From assembly GCA_965238215.1 (NCBI GenBank), contig OZ250180.1:25648-89647 (forward strand): 64,000 nt of DNA. The letters run 5' to 3'. Shown here piece after piece: positions 18,497-30,662 of the stretch (position 1 is its first letter; each line of letters starts with the position of its first letter). The DNA comes from Dehalococcoidia bacterium. GTDB lineage: Bacteria; Chloroflexota; Dehalococcoidia; Lucifugimonadales; GCA-2712585. The notes under the pieces were generated by a model. That model searched no databases, was not told where the DNA came from, and saw only the letters and a list, made by a program, of their open reading frames with translations. A program made the position numbers and the translations under genes.

Positions 18497-19663
18497 TTGA
18501 CTACATCGAACAGGAACGAGAGTGGCGGCGATCGCCAACACCCGCGGCCGAGGCTCGCGAACGTAGAGCGGCTGCACCGGCTGATGGACGAAGAAGGCAT
18601 TTCGGCAATTGTTGCCCGCTCGGGCAAGAACTTTACCTACCTGGCCGGCTTTGCCTACCCCGGCACGCTGGCTCGCCACCTGGAGTTTCCAGATTCGCCG
18701 CGGGAGGTGATACTGGTGTGGCCGCGTACGGGCGAGCCGGTGATGGTGCTGAACTCCTACGCCGCTCCTCTGGCCCGCCGCGACTCGTGGTTGGAACGTA
18801 TCGAGGTCGTTGACGACTACGCGGAGTCGCCCTACCAGAGAGCCGCCGACGTGCTGCGGCAACTGGGGCTGGCCGAGGAGACTATTGGGTTCGAAAAGAG
18901 CTATGTGAGCTCGATCCGGTGGGAGGAAATTGGAGGGCTGCTGCCAAAGGCGCGAATCGTCGACAGCACTGAGTTGATGGACCGGGTACGCTGGATCAAG
19001 ACACCCGAAGAGGTTGCAGCGCTAGAAGCTGGGGCCCGGCTGCTGGACGAAGCGTACCTGGAGGTGCTGCCTACCGTTCAGCCCGGAGACACAGAACGTC
19101 TGGTGCACAGCCGCATAATCGAGAGCTGTCTGCGCCGGGGCGCCAACTGGGCCCACGGCATCCTGAATTCCAGCCGCAACACCGTGGCCTACGGCGGCGA
19201 GAGTGACCTGGCCTTCGAGGCAGGCGATATCATCCGCAACGATTATGTCTCATACCTGAACGGCTATCCTGGCCACCAGTCGCGGAGCGTCTGCGTGGGC
19301 CCGCCCTCAGACGAACAGAAGCGGATTTACCAAGTTGTGAGGGACATCTATCGCGCCACTATCGAGCGGTGCCGCCCCGGGACACGGACAAAGGACATCT
19401 ACCACTTTGCCAACGACAGCTTTCACGAAGCCGGGTTCCAGGGCAACGTGTCCCTGGCCGGGCATGGCGTCGGAGCCTGGTGGCACCAGCAGGAGCCGTA
19501 CATGGTGCCGTCCAGCACGCGCGTCCTGGAGGAGGGAATGGTAGTGGCCCTCGAGCCACACATCGGCTACTGGCACCTGCAGGATATGGTGTTGATCACC
19601 GACGACTCACCAAGGCTGCTTTCGCCTCTCTTCAGCACCGACGAGATGCTGGTAGCCGGATAG
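18497..19663 (+). CDS. M24-family metallopeptidase (Xaa-Pro peptidase / creatinase-like)
   Basis: Creatinase-N-like N-terminus (RLHRLMDEEGISAIVARSGKNFTYLAG) and a pita-bread C-terminal domain (GDIIRNDY..., HGVGAWWHQ, MVVALEP). The exact start is uncertain. Confidence 0.85.
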   Translation: MTTSNRNESGGDRQHPRPRLANVERLHRLMDEEGISAIVARSGKNFTYLAGFAYPGTLARHLEFPDSPREVILVWPRTGEPVMVLNSYAAPLARRDSWLERIEVVDDYAESPYQRAADVLRQLGLAEETIGFEKSYVSSIRWEEIGGLLPKARIVDSTELMDRVRWIKTPEEVAALEAGARLLDEAYLEVLPTVQPGDTERLVHSRIIESCLRRGANWAHGILNSSRNTVAYGGESDLAFEAGDIIRNDYVSYLNGYPGHQSRSVCVGPPSDEQKRIYQVVRDIYRATIERCRPGTRTKDIYHFANDSFHEAGFQGNVSLAGHGVGAWWHQQEPYMVPSSTRVLEEGMVVALEPHIGYWHLQDMVLITDDSPRLLSPLFSTDEMLVAG

Positions 19664-20563
19664 GGCCGAGGTGTGGGAGGCGGCCAGTGGTGGATCGACG
19701 CCAATGACATCATAGCCGCAGTTTGGAATCTGGGCGAGTCTTCTACCCCCCGACCTTTAAGGTGGACTCTGTTAGTTAGACGGAGTTGGAGCCATCTACA
19801 GTGTGGGAGAGGTCGGTTCAGGGGGTGATAGAAGCTGAATCCTGTACTGCCGCCGCTAGCAGTATGCCCTGTTATGTTAAGCCAAGAAGGGTTTCGACTT
19901 GACTCGTTTTCTTACGATGGTTGTTCCCAGACGTCTCTAGAATCAGATATACCCCAACCAAACCTCGAAGGTGATACCGTCTACCGTACAGAATCGAACA
20001 CATTTGAACCTTGTGCATCATCTTCCATTGTGCTCCGCTTAACTCTAATGAAGATGGCGGGTGGTCCGGTTTTCAATCCCCGGCTATTGACGGTCGTACT
20101 CGCCTTCGTGGTCTATTGTCTCTCTGCTGTTTACAGCCTGCCGCGTCTCAGGATGACTAGTGGTCCTTCAAGGGAGCTTGGGTTGGATGGTGGAAAACGT
20201 AATTTTGGTTGGACTAATAGTGTAACATCGATTGGAAGAAGGCCATGCCCCCAATTTCAACCGCCTCTTGTGCAAGGCCAGTGTAGTTCAGGTAGGCCCG
20301 GCTGCGATAAGAAGATGCAGATGCCGACAGTGGAGGGAAACCAAGACCTAGAGGGCAAGCTGTTTGAGACTCTTTGGATGATGGGCTACCATCAGCGACC
20401 AGCTAGTACACCGAGCAAAAAGGGAGAGGGGACAACACCTAAGGGGACTGTCCCCGGAACGTGAGGCTCCTCAGCAGTTCTGACAGCACAATATTCTGTC
20501 CGTGTGCTTTAAAATAGATCCCTCAATTCTAATTTCATTGACCAAATAATCAAGCACAACGAT

Positions 20564-22546
20564 ATGTTATTTGCATCAGACATCAGCAAATCCTATACAA
20601 ACGGATCCCTATTCAGTGGGCTCACATTTAGCGTATCCGGCGGCGACCGCATTGCGCTAATAGGCCCGAATGGCTCGGGGAAGACCACGCTTCTGGACAT
20701 TCTCACAGGCGAAATCGTGCCGGAAACAGGGAGCATTTCCAGACAGCGCAACGTTACTATGGGCTATCTCAAGCAGGAGCCCAGTTCGTATACAGGCAAG
20801 CCTCTGCTCCAAGAGGTGCTGGACGCCCGGTCCGAGGCAAATGCCCTGGTAAACGAAATTGCGGCCACGCAGGCGGCCCTGTCATCGGAAACCGACCCCG
20901 TGCGCCAGGAGTGTCTATTGGAACGCCTCAGCAAGCTAGACATGGACTTGGAGGCCGCAGGTGGCGGATACCGCGAGCACGAAGCCAAGGCGATACTTTT
21001 GGGACTTGGTTTTGCGCAGGATGACTTTCTCCGGCCCATGAGCGAGTTCAGTGGCGGGTGGGTAATGCGGGCAAGTCTCGCCAAGATTCTGTACAGGAAA
21101 CCCAACCTGTTGCTCCTTGATGAACCAACCAATCATCTTGACCTTGAGGCAAACCTATGGTTTGAGAAGTATCTAACCTCTTTTCAAGGCGGAGTGCTGA
21201 TCACATCTCACGACCGCACTTTTCTCAACCAGATCGCAACCAAGGTTCTTGCTATTGAGACGGACGAGACGGTGCTTCACAGGGGAAACTATGACGATTA
21301 CCTAGTTGCACGTGAGCGCACCCTTCAGGTCAAGCGAGCGGCCTCTGCCAGGCAGGAACGCGAGGTACAGAAGCAAATGCGCTTTGTTGAGCGGTTTCGC
21401 TTCAAGGCTAGCAAGGCTGGCCAGGTACAGAGTCGGTTGAAGCAACTCGGGAAAATGGAGATCATCAAATTGCCAAGGGCTACCAGGAAGGTTCGCTATT
21501 CGTTTCCAAAGCCCCCGCGCAGCGGTTCCGAGGTCATTTCACTAACCAATGCAAGCAAGTCCTACGGCGATAACGTGGTCTACCGAGGCCTGGACCTGAC
21601 GCTGTCTCGGGGCGACCGGGTTGTCTTACTCGGACCGAATGGCGCCGGTAAGACGACTCTCTTGAAGATGCTTGCCGGCGTCATTCCACTTGACAAGGGG
21701 GAGAGAAAGACCGGTCATAACGTAACCACGGCCTATTATGCACAGCAAGTACTTGAGCTCCTCAACCCCGGCAATACGGTCTTTGAGGAGTTGCAGCAGT
21801 CGGCGCCAAAGGAATCGGAGCAGAACCTTCGCAACACCCTCGGCGGCTTCCTGTTCAGCGGTGACGATGTCAGTAAGCCTATTTCCGTACTGTCCGGTGG
21901 TGAAAAGGCTAGGGTTGCGCTGGCGAAACTGCTCCTCCAGCCGAGCAACCTACTCCTGATGGATGAGCCGACAAACCACCTAGACATTGCTTCCAGGGAG
22001 ATTCTCGTGGATGCCCTTGGTGACTATCACGGCACCATTTGTTTCACGACCCATGATCGGACACTAATTCGCCAGGTTGCAAACAAGATTGTTGAAATAG
22101 ACGGCGGCAGGAACACGGTTTTCCCTGGAGACTACGACAGTTATCTCTACCGAAGGCAAACTAGGGACAGCAAGAAGAATGCCAAATCAACAGCCACCAG
22201 AGGAGTCGTGGATGCTTCGAAAAAAGCTTCGTCCAGGCGCCGCCGGGGACGACCACTCAGCGCCGAGGAGCAGCAGCGCCGGTCTCTCAGCAAAGAGGCA
22301 GGCAAGCTTGCTATACAGATAGAAAACATAAACGTTTCCCTGGCTGACCACGAGGCCCGCATAACGGAAATGGAGGCAATGTTCTCCAACCCTGACCTAT
22401 TTGACGATCCAATTCAGATTGCTGCTTCAGGGGAGCAATACCGTGTGCTCAAAGAGGAGACACAGTCCCTCTGGGAGGAGTGGGAGAGGTTATCGTTGCA
22501 GGCGGAGAGCGCCGGCAGCAAGCTGGCAGGATTAGAGGCCAGCTAG
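20564..22546 (+). CDS. ABC-F family ATPase (two ABC domains, no TM domain, C-terminal coiled coil)
   Basis: Walker A appears twice ([18 protein letters not shown]), signature twice (FSGGW, LSGGE) and Walker B twice ([24 protein letters not shown]), with a basic/coiled C-terminal tail. Confidence 0.9.
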   Translation: MLFASDISKSYTNGSLFSGLTFSVSGGDRIALIGPNGSGKTTLLDILTGEIVPETGSISRQRNVTMGYLKQEPSSYTGKPLLQEVLDARSEANALVNEIAATQAALSSETDPVRQECLLERLSKLDMDLEAAGGGYREHEAKAILLGLGFAQDDFLRPMSEFSGGWVMRASLAKILYRKPNLLLLDEPTNHLDLEANLWFEKYLTSFQGGVLITSHDRTFLNQIATKVLAIETDETVLHRGNYDDYLVARERTLQVKRAASARQEREVQKQMRFVERFRFKASKAGQVQSRLKQLGKMEIIKLPRATRKVRYSFPKPPRSGSEVISLTNASKSYGDNVVYRGLDLTLSRGDRVVLLGPNGAGKTTLLKMLAGVIPLDKGERKTGHNVTTAYYAQQVLELLNPGNTVFEELQQSAPKESEQNLRNTLGGFLFSGDDVSKPISVLSGGEKARVALAKLLLQPSNLLLMDEPTNHLDIASREILVDALGDYHGTICFTTHDRTLIRQVANKIVEIDGGRNTVFPGDYDSYLYRRQTRDSKKNAKSTATRGVVDASKKASSRRRRGRPLSAEEQQRRSLSKEAGKLAIQIENINVSLADHEARITEMEAMFSNPDLFDDPIQIAASGEQYRVLKEETQSLWEEWERLSLQAESAGSKLAGLEAS

Positions 22547-22963
22547 ACTGGCGGGAAGAGTGTAGATCCCTGTTTATTTTCTGCGCCTAGAGTCATGCAG
22601 GACTCTGATAGCACGGTTAGCCTTGTCATCGCTTCTATCTCGTATTCCGGGATAAATCGTCCCAGGAAACGCCACCCGTCGGCTTCCTCTCTCATATACC
22701 TCGAGAAGCTCAAAGAGATCAGCAGGACAGCGATGATCCGTTGCCCTAGAACGCTATCTGACGCGCGAAGTCTTCATCGTCCCATGGAACTCAGCCCTTA
22801 TACCCACAACAATGTTCGACATCTATAAGAGGACTAGGACGTCCGCTGCAGTTCTGTCAGACAAGGTAGAGGGGAAAGAGGACAATTTGCCGATGCCAAA
22901 GAAATCCGAGTGCATTGATGATACGTATTATCAAGTAACAGAAAGGATGAAAGGAGGGGTGAG

Positions 22964-23439
22964 ATGAAAGAGACACAAGAGCATCTTGGATGGCAGCTGT
23001 TTAGAATTGCGTCGAACTCTATCCCTGCTCCAGTTGATGCGGGAAGCGATGACCGGAACGACGCATACTGCTTCATCGGCAAGATATCCCCGAAGGGAAC
23101 CGATGGATCGATTAATTACACCCACACCGGTATCAAGGATCGAGATGAGCGGACCGTTAATATTCCTCTTACCTTCAAGGCCGAAGTGGTGTCGAAGGCG
23201 ATGGACCCATCGATCTGCACCTCAGGATCGACGAGAACAACTGGGATGAAGTAATGAGGCGGACGAAATACATCCGCGGCTCCGGCGTTGACACGTTAGT
23301 GTTCGGCTACAAGGTTCTTCCAGGCGATATAGAGGCCAAGGGCATCTGATTGATTCACGGTGCAGAAGCGGCCTATTTCGGTGACGATGGCGCCATGAAT
23401 GCCAAAGATACAAACACCGAGCACAATCCCGTGGGGTAG
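22964..23439 (+). pseudogene. Small adhesin-type Ig-like domain gene, frameshifted and with an in-frame TGA
   Basis: Strong RBS AAAGGAGGGG before the ATG at 22964. Frame 1 reads ...ERTVNIPLTFKAEVV. The domain continues in another frame as GDGPIDLHLRIDENNWDEVMRRTKYIRGSGVDTLVFGYKVLPGDIEAKGI, then TGA at 23347-23349, then LIHGAEAAYFGDDGAMNAKD, to the TAG at 23437-23439. Confidence 0.35.
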
Positions 23440-23569
23440 AGCAACCCCGCTAGTGGATGCAAGAACCGATTAGGCTTGGGGTAGACCTTGGAGAGTCTCC
23501 TCAAAGGTAACGACTGAGACTACTCAATAGCGCTTGCACAACGATCTTGGAAGGCTGGGCAATCGTTAG

Positions 23570-25726
<2,157 letters not shown>

Positions 25727-25893
25727 ACCCAGAACAGTGCTTGTAGTTGTTAAGGACCGTGGGTATTGACCTGCGCCGATGTCGTTCCGCCTGTTATGTC
25801 AACTCCGACAGGGGTTGGAGCCGGCTCGGCGCTTAACGTATGTTGCCCCTAGCGGTCACCATGTCAACGAACGTCCAACAACTCCTCAAAATC

Positions 25894-25952
25894 GTACTGT
25901 CTACCAAGCAGAGTGGCCCACACCTTTACGCCTAAAGCCATGCAGGACTCGA
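25894..25952 (-). repeat. Copy A of a diverged repeat carrying a mini-ORF start ([15 protein letters not shown]...)
   Basis: 59-nt core. 37 of 48 coding nt and 8 of 11 upstream nt are identical to 30285-30343, including exact 12-mer and 10-mer blocks at the same spacing. Confidence 0.6.
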
Positions 25953-25984
25953 GATCGGTTGTTGAGCGCTGCCTCGGCGGCACT

Positions 25985-26209
25985 ATGACTTCGCCGGAAC
26001 GTGGGAGGGTCTCCAGACAGATAACCTCTTCATCTACTGTTGGTGACAGAGATGTTTACCATGCCGGCGAGCCTATAGCGATTGTAGGTATGTCGTGCCG
26101 ATTCCCAGGAGCAGGTGATTTGGAAGCGTTTTGGCGACTTTTGTCAGAGGGCAAGAATGCGGGTGATGAACGCGGAGACCTTCGTCTACTCTTAACCGCC
26201 ACCTTTTGA
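25985..26209 (+). pseudogene. Polyketide synthase stub: only the N-terminal about 30 aa of a ketosynthase domain
   Basis: [31 protein letters not shown] (26069-26161) is the signature start of type I PKS KS domains. The ORF ends 16 codons later and no frame continues the KS. Confidence 0.5.
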
Positions 26210-26322
26210 ACGATAAGGATGATTCCACGGTATAGTTTCCACCTGCCGGCGTCGGTTGCGTTCCTGTCAACGAGCTAGACCGGCATTTGGAGGGTCACGC
26301 CTGAAGTGAAGCCAAACTCAAG

Positions 26323-28948
26323 GTGTTAATGAGAGAAACGCCCTCGGAGAAGTTCAGCGCTTTTCTGGAGAGGCGTTCCGGCTGGATAGTGATTGGGGTG
26401 GTCATTGTCACCCTCCTGCTTATCGTTCCACTCATAGCCCTGGCGCCCGATGAGCAGGCTTCCACGGAACCTGACGGGCCCATCTTCGATCTGCGAGACC
26501 TGGTTAATGAGCGCTTTCCTCAAGCGCTCTACGTCCCGTCCTACATTCTGGAATCCCCCGACGGCCCGGATGGCGACGTTCTGACCCAGGCCGCGCTGTG
26601 GGAACTATTCCAGAATGAGGAAGCCCTGCGTCGTGCGGACGAGCGCGGTGAACTGCACCCTCCCAAGTTGGAAGACCAGCCCTATTTGTTTAAGGTCAAC
26701 AACCCAAACACTCAGCGCCCAATCCACGGCATCTACTCCGTTGCTGACGCTGTTCAAGCCGTCCTGGCCGAAATGGGTACGGATTTGGGAAGCGCGAGTG
26801 ATGAAGACGTGAAGATGGCTCTTCATTTCGTGTTGCAAGAAGGGTCTCCAACTTTCAGCCTGATGCAGTCGTTATCTGAGAAGGCCACGTTTACCCTCGA
26901 GGACTCGGATTGGATTGGGCGGTACCAGCGCTGGCGCTCTCCAGCCATCATAAACTTCGTGATTGCGGACAACGGCAGGCTAGGTGGGGGGGGCCCAGAC
27001 TATCAACGTTGGTGGCGATGAGACTGTTGTACAGAAGGAGCACTTTGGCCGGAACGTACAGAAAATCCTGAGGGGCGAGGAGCGGAACTACCGACTTTGG
27101 GGTGTTGCCGTTGACCCCAATCTGGAGTCCTAGGATGAAGGACGCACGACCGTTCCCTTCGTCTTTGCCACGGTGCTGGCCGTACTGGTGGTAATCGGGA
27201 TAAGCCTACGCTCGTTGAGGGCGGTGTTCCTTTCCGCCGTAGGCCTTGGCATGCTAATTGTGTGGCTGAAGGGCATATCCAATCTAATAGGCCTCAAGGC
27301 GGGCCTTGTGGTAGAGCTGATAGTGCCCATTGCCATGATCTCCTTGGGCGTAGACTTCGCCATCCACGCCCTTCATCGATACAGGGAGGAACGAGGCAAA
27401 GGAATAGGACCGCGTCCTGCTCTCAGACTGGGATTGGCCGGAGTGATGGGAGCGCTCGTGCTTGCCATGCTCACCGACGGCGTGGCCTTCTTCTCCAACA
27501 CGGTTTCCGGGATAGAATCCATAATCGGGTTCGGTGTTGCAGCCGGTATAGCCGTAATCTCCTCATTCGTAATCATGGGGATATTCGTGCCTTTGGTCTT
27601 CATGCGTCTCGACGGGCGCAAGAAATCCGGCCAAGCCGTCGCTAATCCGGCACAGGGAGCAGATACCTCTCCCGATAACAGTCAACCCCGCAGTTTTCTC
27701 AGAGCGGAGTGGGTTGTGGTGAGGCTTGCTCGGAGTCGCCTCTTTGTGCTTCCTGTTGTGGCTGTAGTTACCGGCGCTTCCCTGTTGCTCGCCTTCAGGC
27801 TGGAGGCCCAATTGGACGTCAAAGATTTTTTCGATAGCGAGTCGGACTTCGTGGTGGGACTGGACAAGCTCGACTATCATGTTGGGACAACTCAGGGCGA
27901 GCCTGGGATCATCTATATAGAGGGGGACCTGTCGTCCACCGATTCCCTTGAGGCCCTCAGGGAGCTACACGCAAATCTAAAATCCAACCCCCACGTGGCC
28001 AAAGGAGTTGATGGAGAGCCGACTTTGTACAGCTGGACGATCTTTGACCTGATGGAGCGTCTCATCGGCAGCGAGTACGCCCGTTCCCAGGTGGAGTTTG
28101 CCACAGGGCAGGTCATCACCGACTCGGACGGAGATGGAATGCCTGATAGCCAGGCCCAGATCAGAGCGGCCTTTGACTATATTGTGGAGTACGGTATTCC
28201 ACTGGATGAGTCTACTCCGTCCTTCACGCCGACCCAGGTGCAAGGCAGCCTCTTCCACGATCCCACCGGACGCACCCCCGACGCTCTCAAGATGTTGGTT
28301 GGCCTGCCCGGTACCAGGGAGCAAACTGCCGTGTCCAGGGCACAGCAGGCCGTTGAGGCCGACCTGGAGTTTCTCAAGGATGTACCCTCCATCTCTGCTG
28401 CGGGCCTAACCGGCTCCGCATTCACCAGGGCGGCCTCCCTGGATGCCGCCGTGCGTTCGCTGCTCATCTCGCTGCCCATTGCCGTAGCCGCCTGCTTCCT
28501 GGTGGCGGCACTGTTCATGCGTTCTGTGCGCTATGCCTTTGTGACCATTATTCCCATAGGCCTGGTGGTTGCATGGCTCTACGCGATGATGTATCTGCTG
28601 GGGTTTGACCTCAACTTTGTAACGGCCACTATCGGTGCCATATCCATCGGTGTGGGGGTGGATTTTTCCATTCACCTCACCCAGCGGTTTCGTGAGGAGA
28701 TGGCGCGGGCGGGGGATGGGATACTAGCGATAGAGCGGGCTGCCAAGAGCACGGGAATGGCCCTTATTGCGTCGGCAGCCTCAAGCGTAGCAGGCTTTGC
28801 GATAATGGGCTTCGCCCCGATGCCCATGTTTTCTGCGTATGGCACTCTCACCGCGGTGATGGTATTCATGGCCGCAGCAGCTGCGCTGCTAGTGCTGCCT
28901 TCCCTGCTTTTGGTGGTGACGCCGCAACGGCAACGGGTAGATGCTTGA
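26323..28948 (+). pseudogene. MMPL/RND-superfamily membrane transporter, frameshifted and with an in-frame TAG
   Basis: Track ORFs 26323..27021 and 27173..28948 are joined by frame 2 (AQTINVGGDETVVQKEHFGRN...VDPNLES, then TAG at 27131-27133, then DEGRTTVPFVFATVLAVLVVIGISLRS). The frameshift is in the G8 run 26986-26993. There are two 6-TM bundles with ...SLRS.../...FMRSVRY... motifs. Confidence 0.7.
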
Positions 28949-29248
28949 GCACTGCGAGGGGCTGACCTAACCCGACTGTTGTGCCACGTGGCACGTTAAA
29001 TCGACAAGGATGTGACTTGCCGTATTGCTTTACAAGAGTTGCCTTAGGCGGTTGCCAGGTTCAGAGATCGCCCAACGACATCTATATGGCAATACTGTTT
29101 TCCGTACAGAATCGCCCATTTTTCATGCCTGAAGGCATTTGGGACCGGAGTGCTGATCTGAAGGCAAATCTCAGCAGTATCTGCTCTCGTTATGGCCATG
29201 CTTTACGCAGACTCTGACGGGAGCCCAGGATGGGGTGATCACTAGCTC

Positions 29249-30106
29249 CTAAAGACCGCTCAGCCAGTTGAACATCGTATAAAGCAGATTTTCCTCACGG
29301 CCCATGTAACCATGGTTGGCTCCGTCAATTACGCTAATCTGGGCGTGCGAGTAGCCGGCTGCTTCCAGGCCGCGCCGGGCTGCGCCGACTACCGGGATCT
29401 CCTGTGGCCCACCAACGGCGCACTCCTCGGCACCGAAAACATATAGCGTAGGGCAGCCCGTGTTCGCCGCGTGTGTGGTCACGCTGTAGCGATTGTCCCG
29501 ATTGAAGCAATCTACGTAGGCCCGTGCGCTCCACGTTGACCCCCATGGAACTCCCGGACGGAGCAATACGTCCGGGCGGGCCTCCGCGATGTTTCGCTCA
29601 GACTCGTGGAACGGCCCTGAGAAGTTCTCTCCATGCAGGGCGATGACGCCTTCGTGGTCGTACTCGCCTGGCGACACGGCTGTGACCCCCACCACGTTGT
29701 CGAACCTCTCTGTTGCCTGGGCATAGGTGGCCCGTACGGCGCCGCCACTGTGTCCGCCGATGGCTATGCGGCGGTGTCCTCTCTCTCGCAGCAGCTCCAG
29801 CCAAGCCCCGAAATCGGCCCTTGAATCATCAACGGACTCGAAGGCGTAGCCGGCTAGCGGCCCTCCCCTGACACCGCCGGCGACATGATCGTGGCCCCGG
29901 CGGTTGGCTGTAAGAAAGGCAATGCCCTTCTCCGCCATGCTCCGGCCCAGACCAAGATAAAGGCTGCTGTAGAAGTGGCCTCCATCGCCGTGAAAGAACA
30001 GTATGGCATCCACCGAAAGGGACCGGTTCACGTTGGCCGGGGCGAAATAGGCGCCAGAGAGCACGATACCTTCAGGTGTCGTCACATCGACCAGGTCCGC
30101 AAGCAT
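29249..30106 (-). CDS. Alpha/beta hydrolase (dienelactone-hydrolase-like)
   Basis: Nucleophile elbow IGGHSGGA, FFHGDGG near the N-terminus, a late His in GANHGY. GAAGGAGG RBS before the ATG at 30106. Confidence 0.8.
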   Translation of the reverse strand: MLADLVDVTTPEGIVLSGAYFAPANVNRSLSVDAILFFHGDGGHFYSSLYLGLGRSMAEKGIAFLTANRRGHDHVAGGVRGGPLAGYAFESVDDSRADFGAWLELLRERGHRRIAIGGHSGGAVRATYAQATERFDNVVGVTAVSPGEYDHEGVIALHGENFSGPFHESERNIAEARPDVLLRPGVPWGSTWSARAYVDCFNRDNRYSVTTHAANTGCPTLYVFGAEECAVGGPQEIPVVGAARRGLEAAGYSHAQISVIDGANHGYMGREENLLYTMFNWLSGL

Positions 30107-30284
30107 ATTCGCCTCCTTCTGTGTCTGATGTCATTCGGAGTTTGGTTCAGAATGCGTTTGGATTGTAACCATTGGCGCTGGTTCTTAGCAAAGCCGAAAA
30201 GGCATGATGCCGTCTCGCACTGACAGTTGACACGCTCGCTGGGGTCGTCAGGCTCATGGATCTCTTAACTCCATTGCAAAGATG

Positions 30285-30343
30285 GCACTGTCTACCGCCC
30301 AGGATCGCCCGCATGTTTATGCCTAAAGCCATATAGGATTCGA
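30285..30343 (-). repeat. Copy B of the diverged repeat (mini-ORF MALGINMRAILGGRQ..., track ORF 30147..30332)
   Basis: See copy A. It lies directly upstream of, and co-oriented with, the alpha/beta hydrolase gene. Confidence 0.6.
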
Positions 30344-30474
30344 ACTGTCCAGGTTAAGGAAGCTCATCTGCGCCAGCGCCTCGGAGAAGAATCACCCCAT
30401 GTAGCGCTAGATTATGGAACCCTTCTGGGAGGCTTTCTTGTGAGTTTTATACAAATACCCGATGGCCCGACAAC

Positions 30475-30503
30475 TTGACACTAGATATCCCTCTCCGGAT
30501 TAT
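30475..30503 (+). promoter_or_regulatory. Sigma-70-like promoter candidate upstream of the CPA2 locus
   Basis: TTGACA (30475-30480), a 17-nt spacer, then GATTAT (30498-30503), about 160 nt upstream of the GTG at 30663. Sequence match only. Confidence 0.2.
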
Positions 30504-30662
30504 GTCGCAGACATTGTGTTTATGCTCACGCCACTGGCGTTCAATCCCCCATTGCAACCGTTTCTCAAGAACCCGCCGACATTCGCTAAAGGCGTAATGA
30601 CGGGTCCTTGCCTGGTGCTTTACTTTTGGTCAGGGCCGCCAAACGGTAGGGTCTGCTAGGGA

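Noticed and set aside
19874-20464. 196-aa track ORF in the 0.9-kb spacer between the M24 peptidase and the ABC-F gene
   Set aside because: There is no RBS, the composition is Cys/Ser/Gly/Pro-rich and unlike the neighbouring genes, and there is no motif. The local GC looks lower. I treat it as non-coding spacer, notable only for the third GACTCGTTTT copy at 19901-19910.
28981-28994. 14-bp perfect palindrome GTGCCACGTGGCAC between the convergent MMPL and hydrolase genes
   Set aside because: It is a single occurrence, too short to distinguish a protein-binding site from a weak terminator stem, with no U-tract and no second copy seen. It is recorded but cannot be interpreted from sequence alone.
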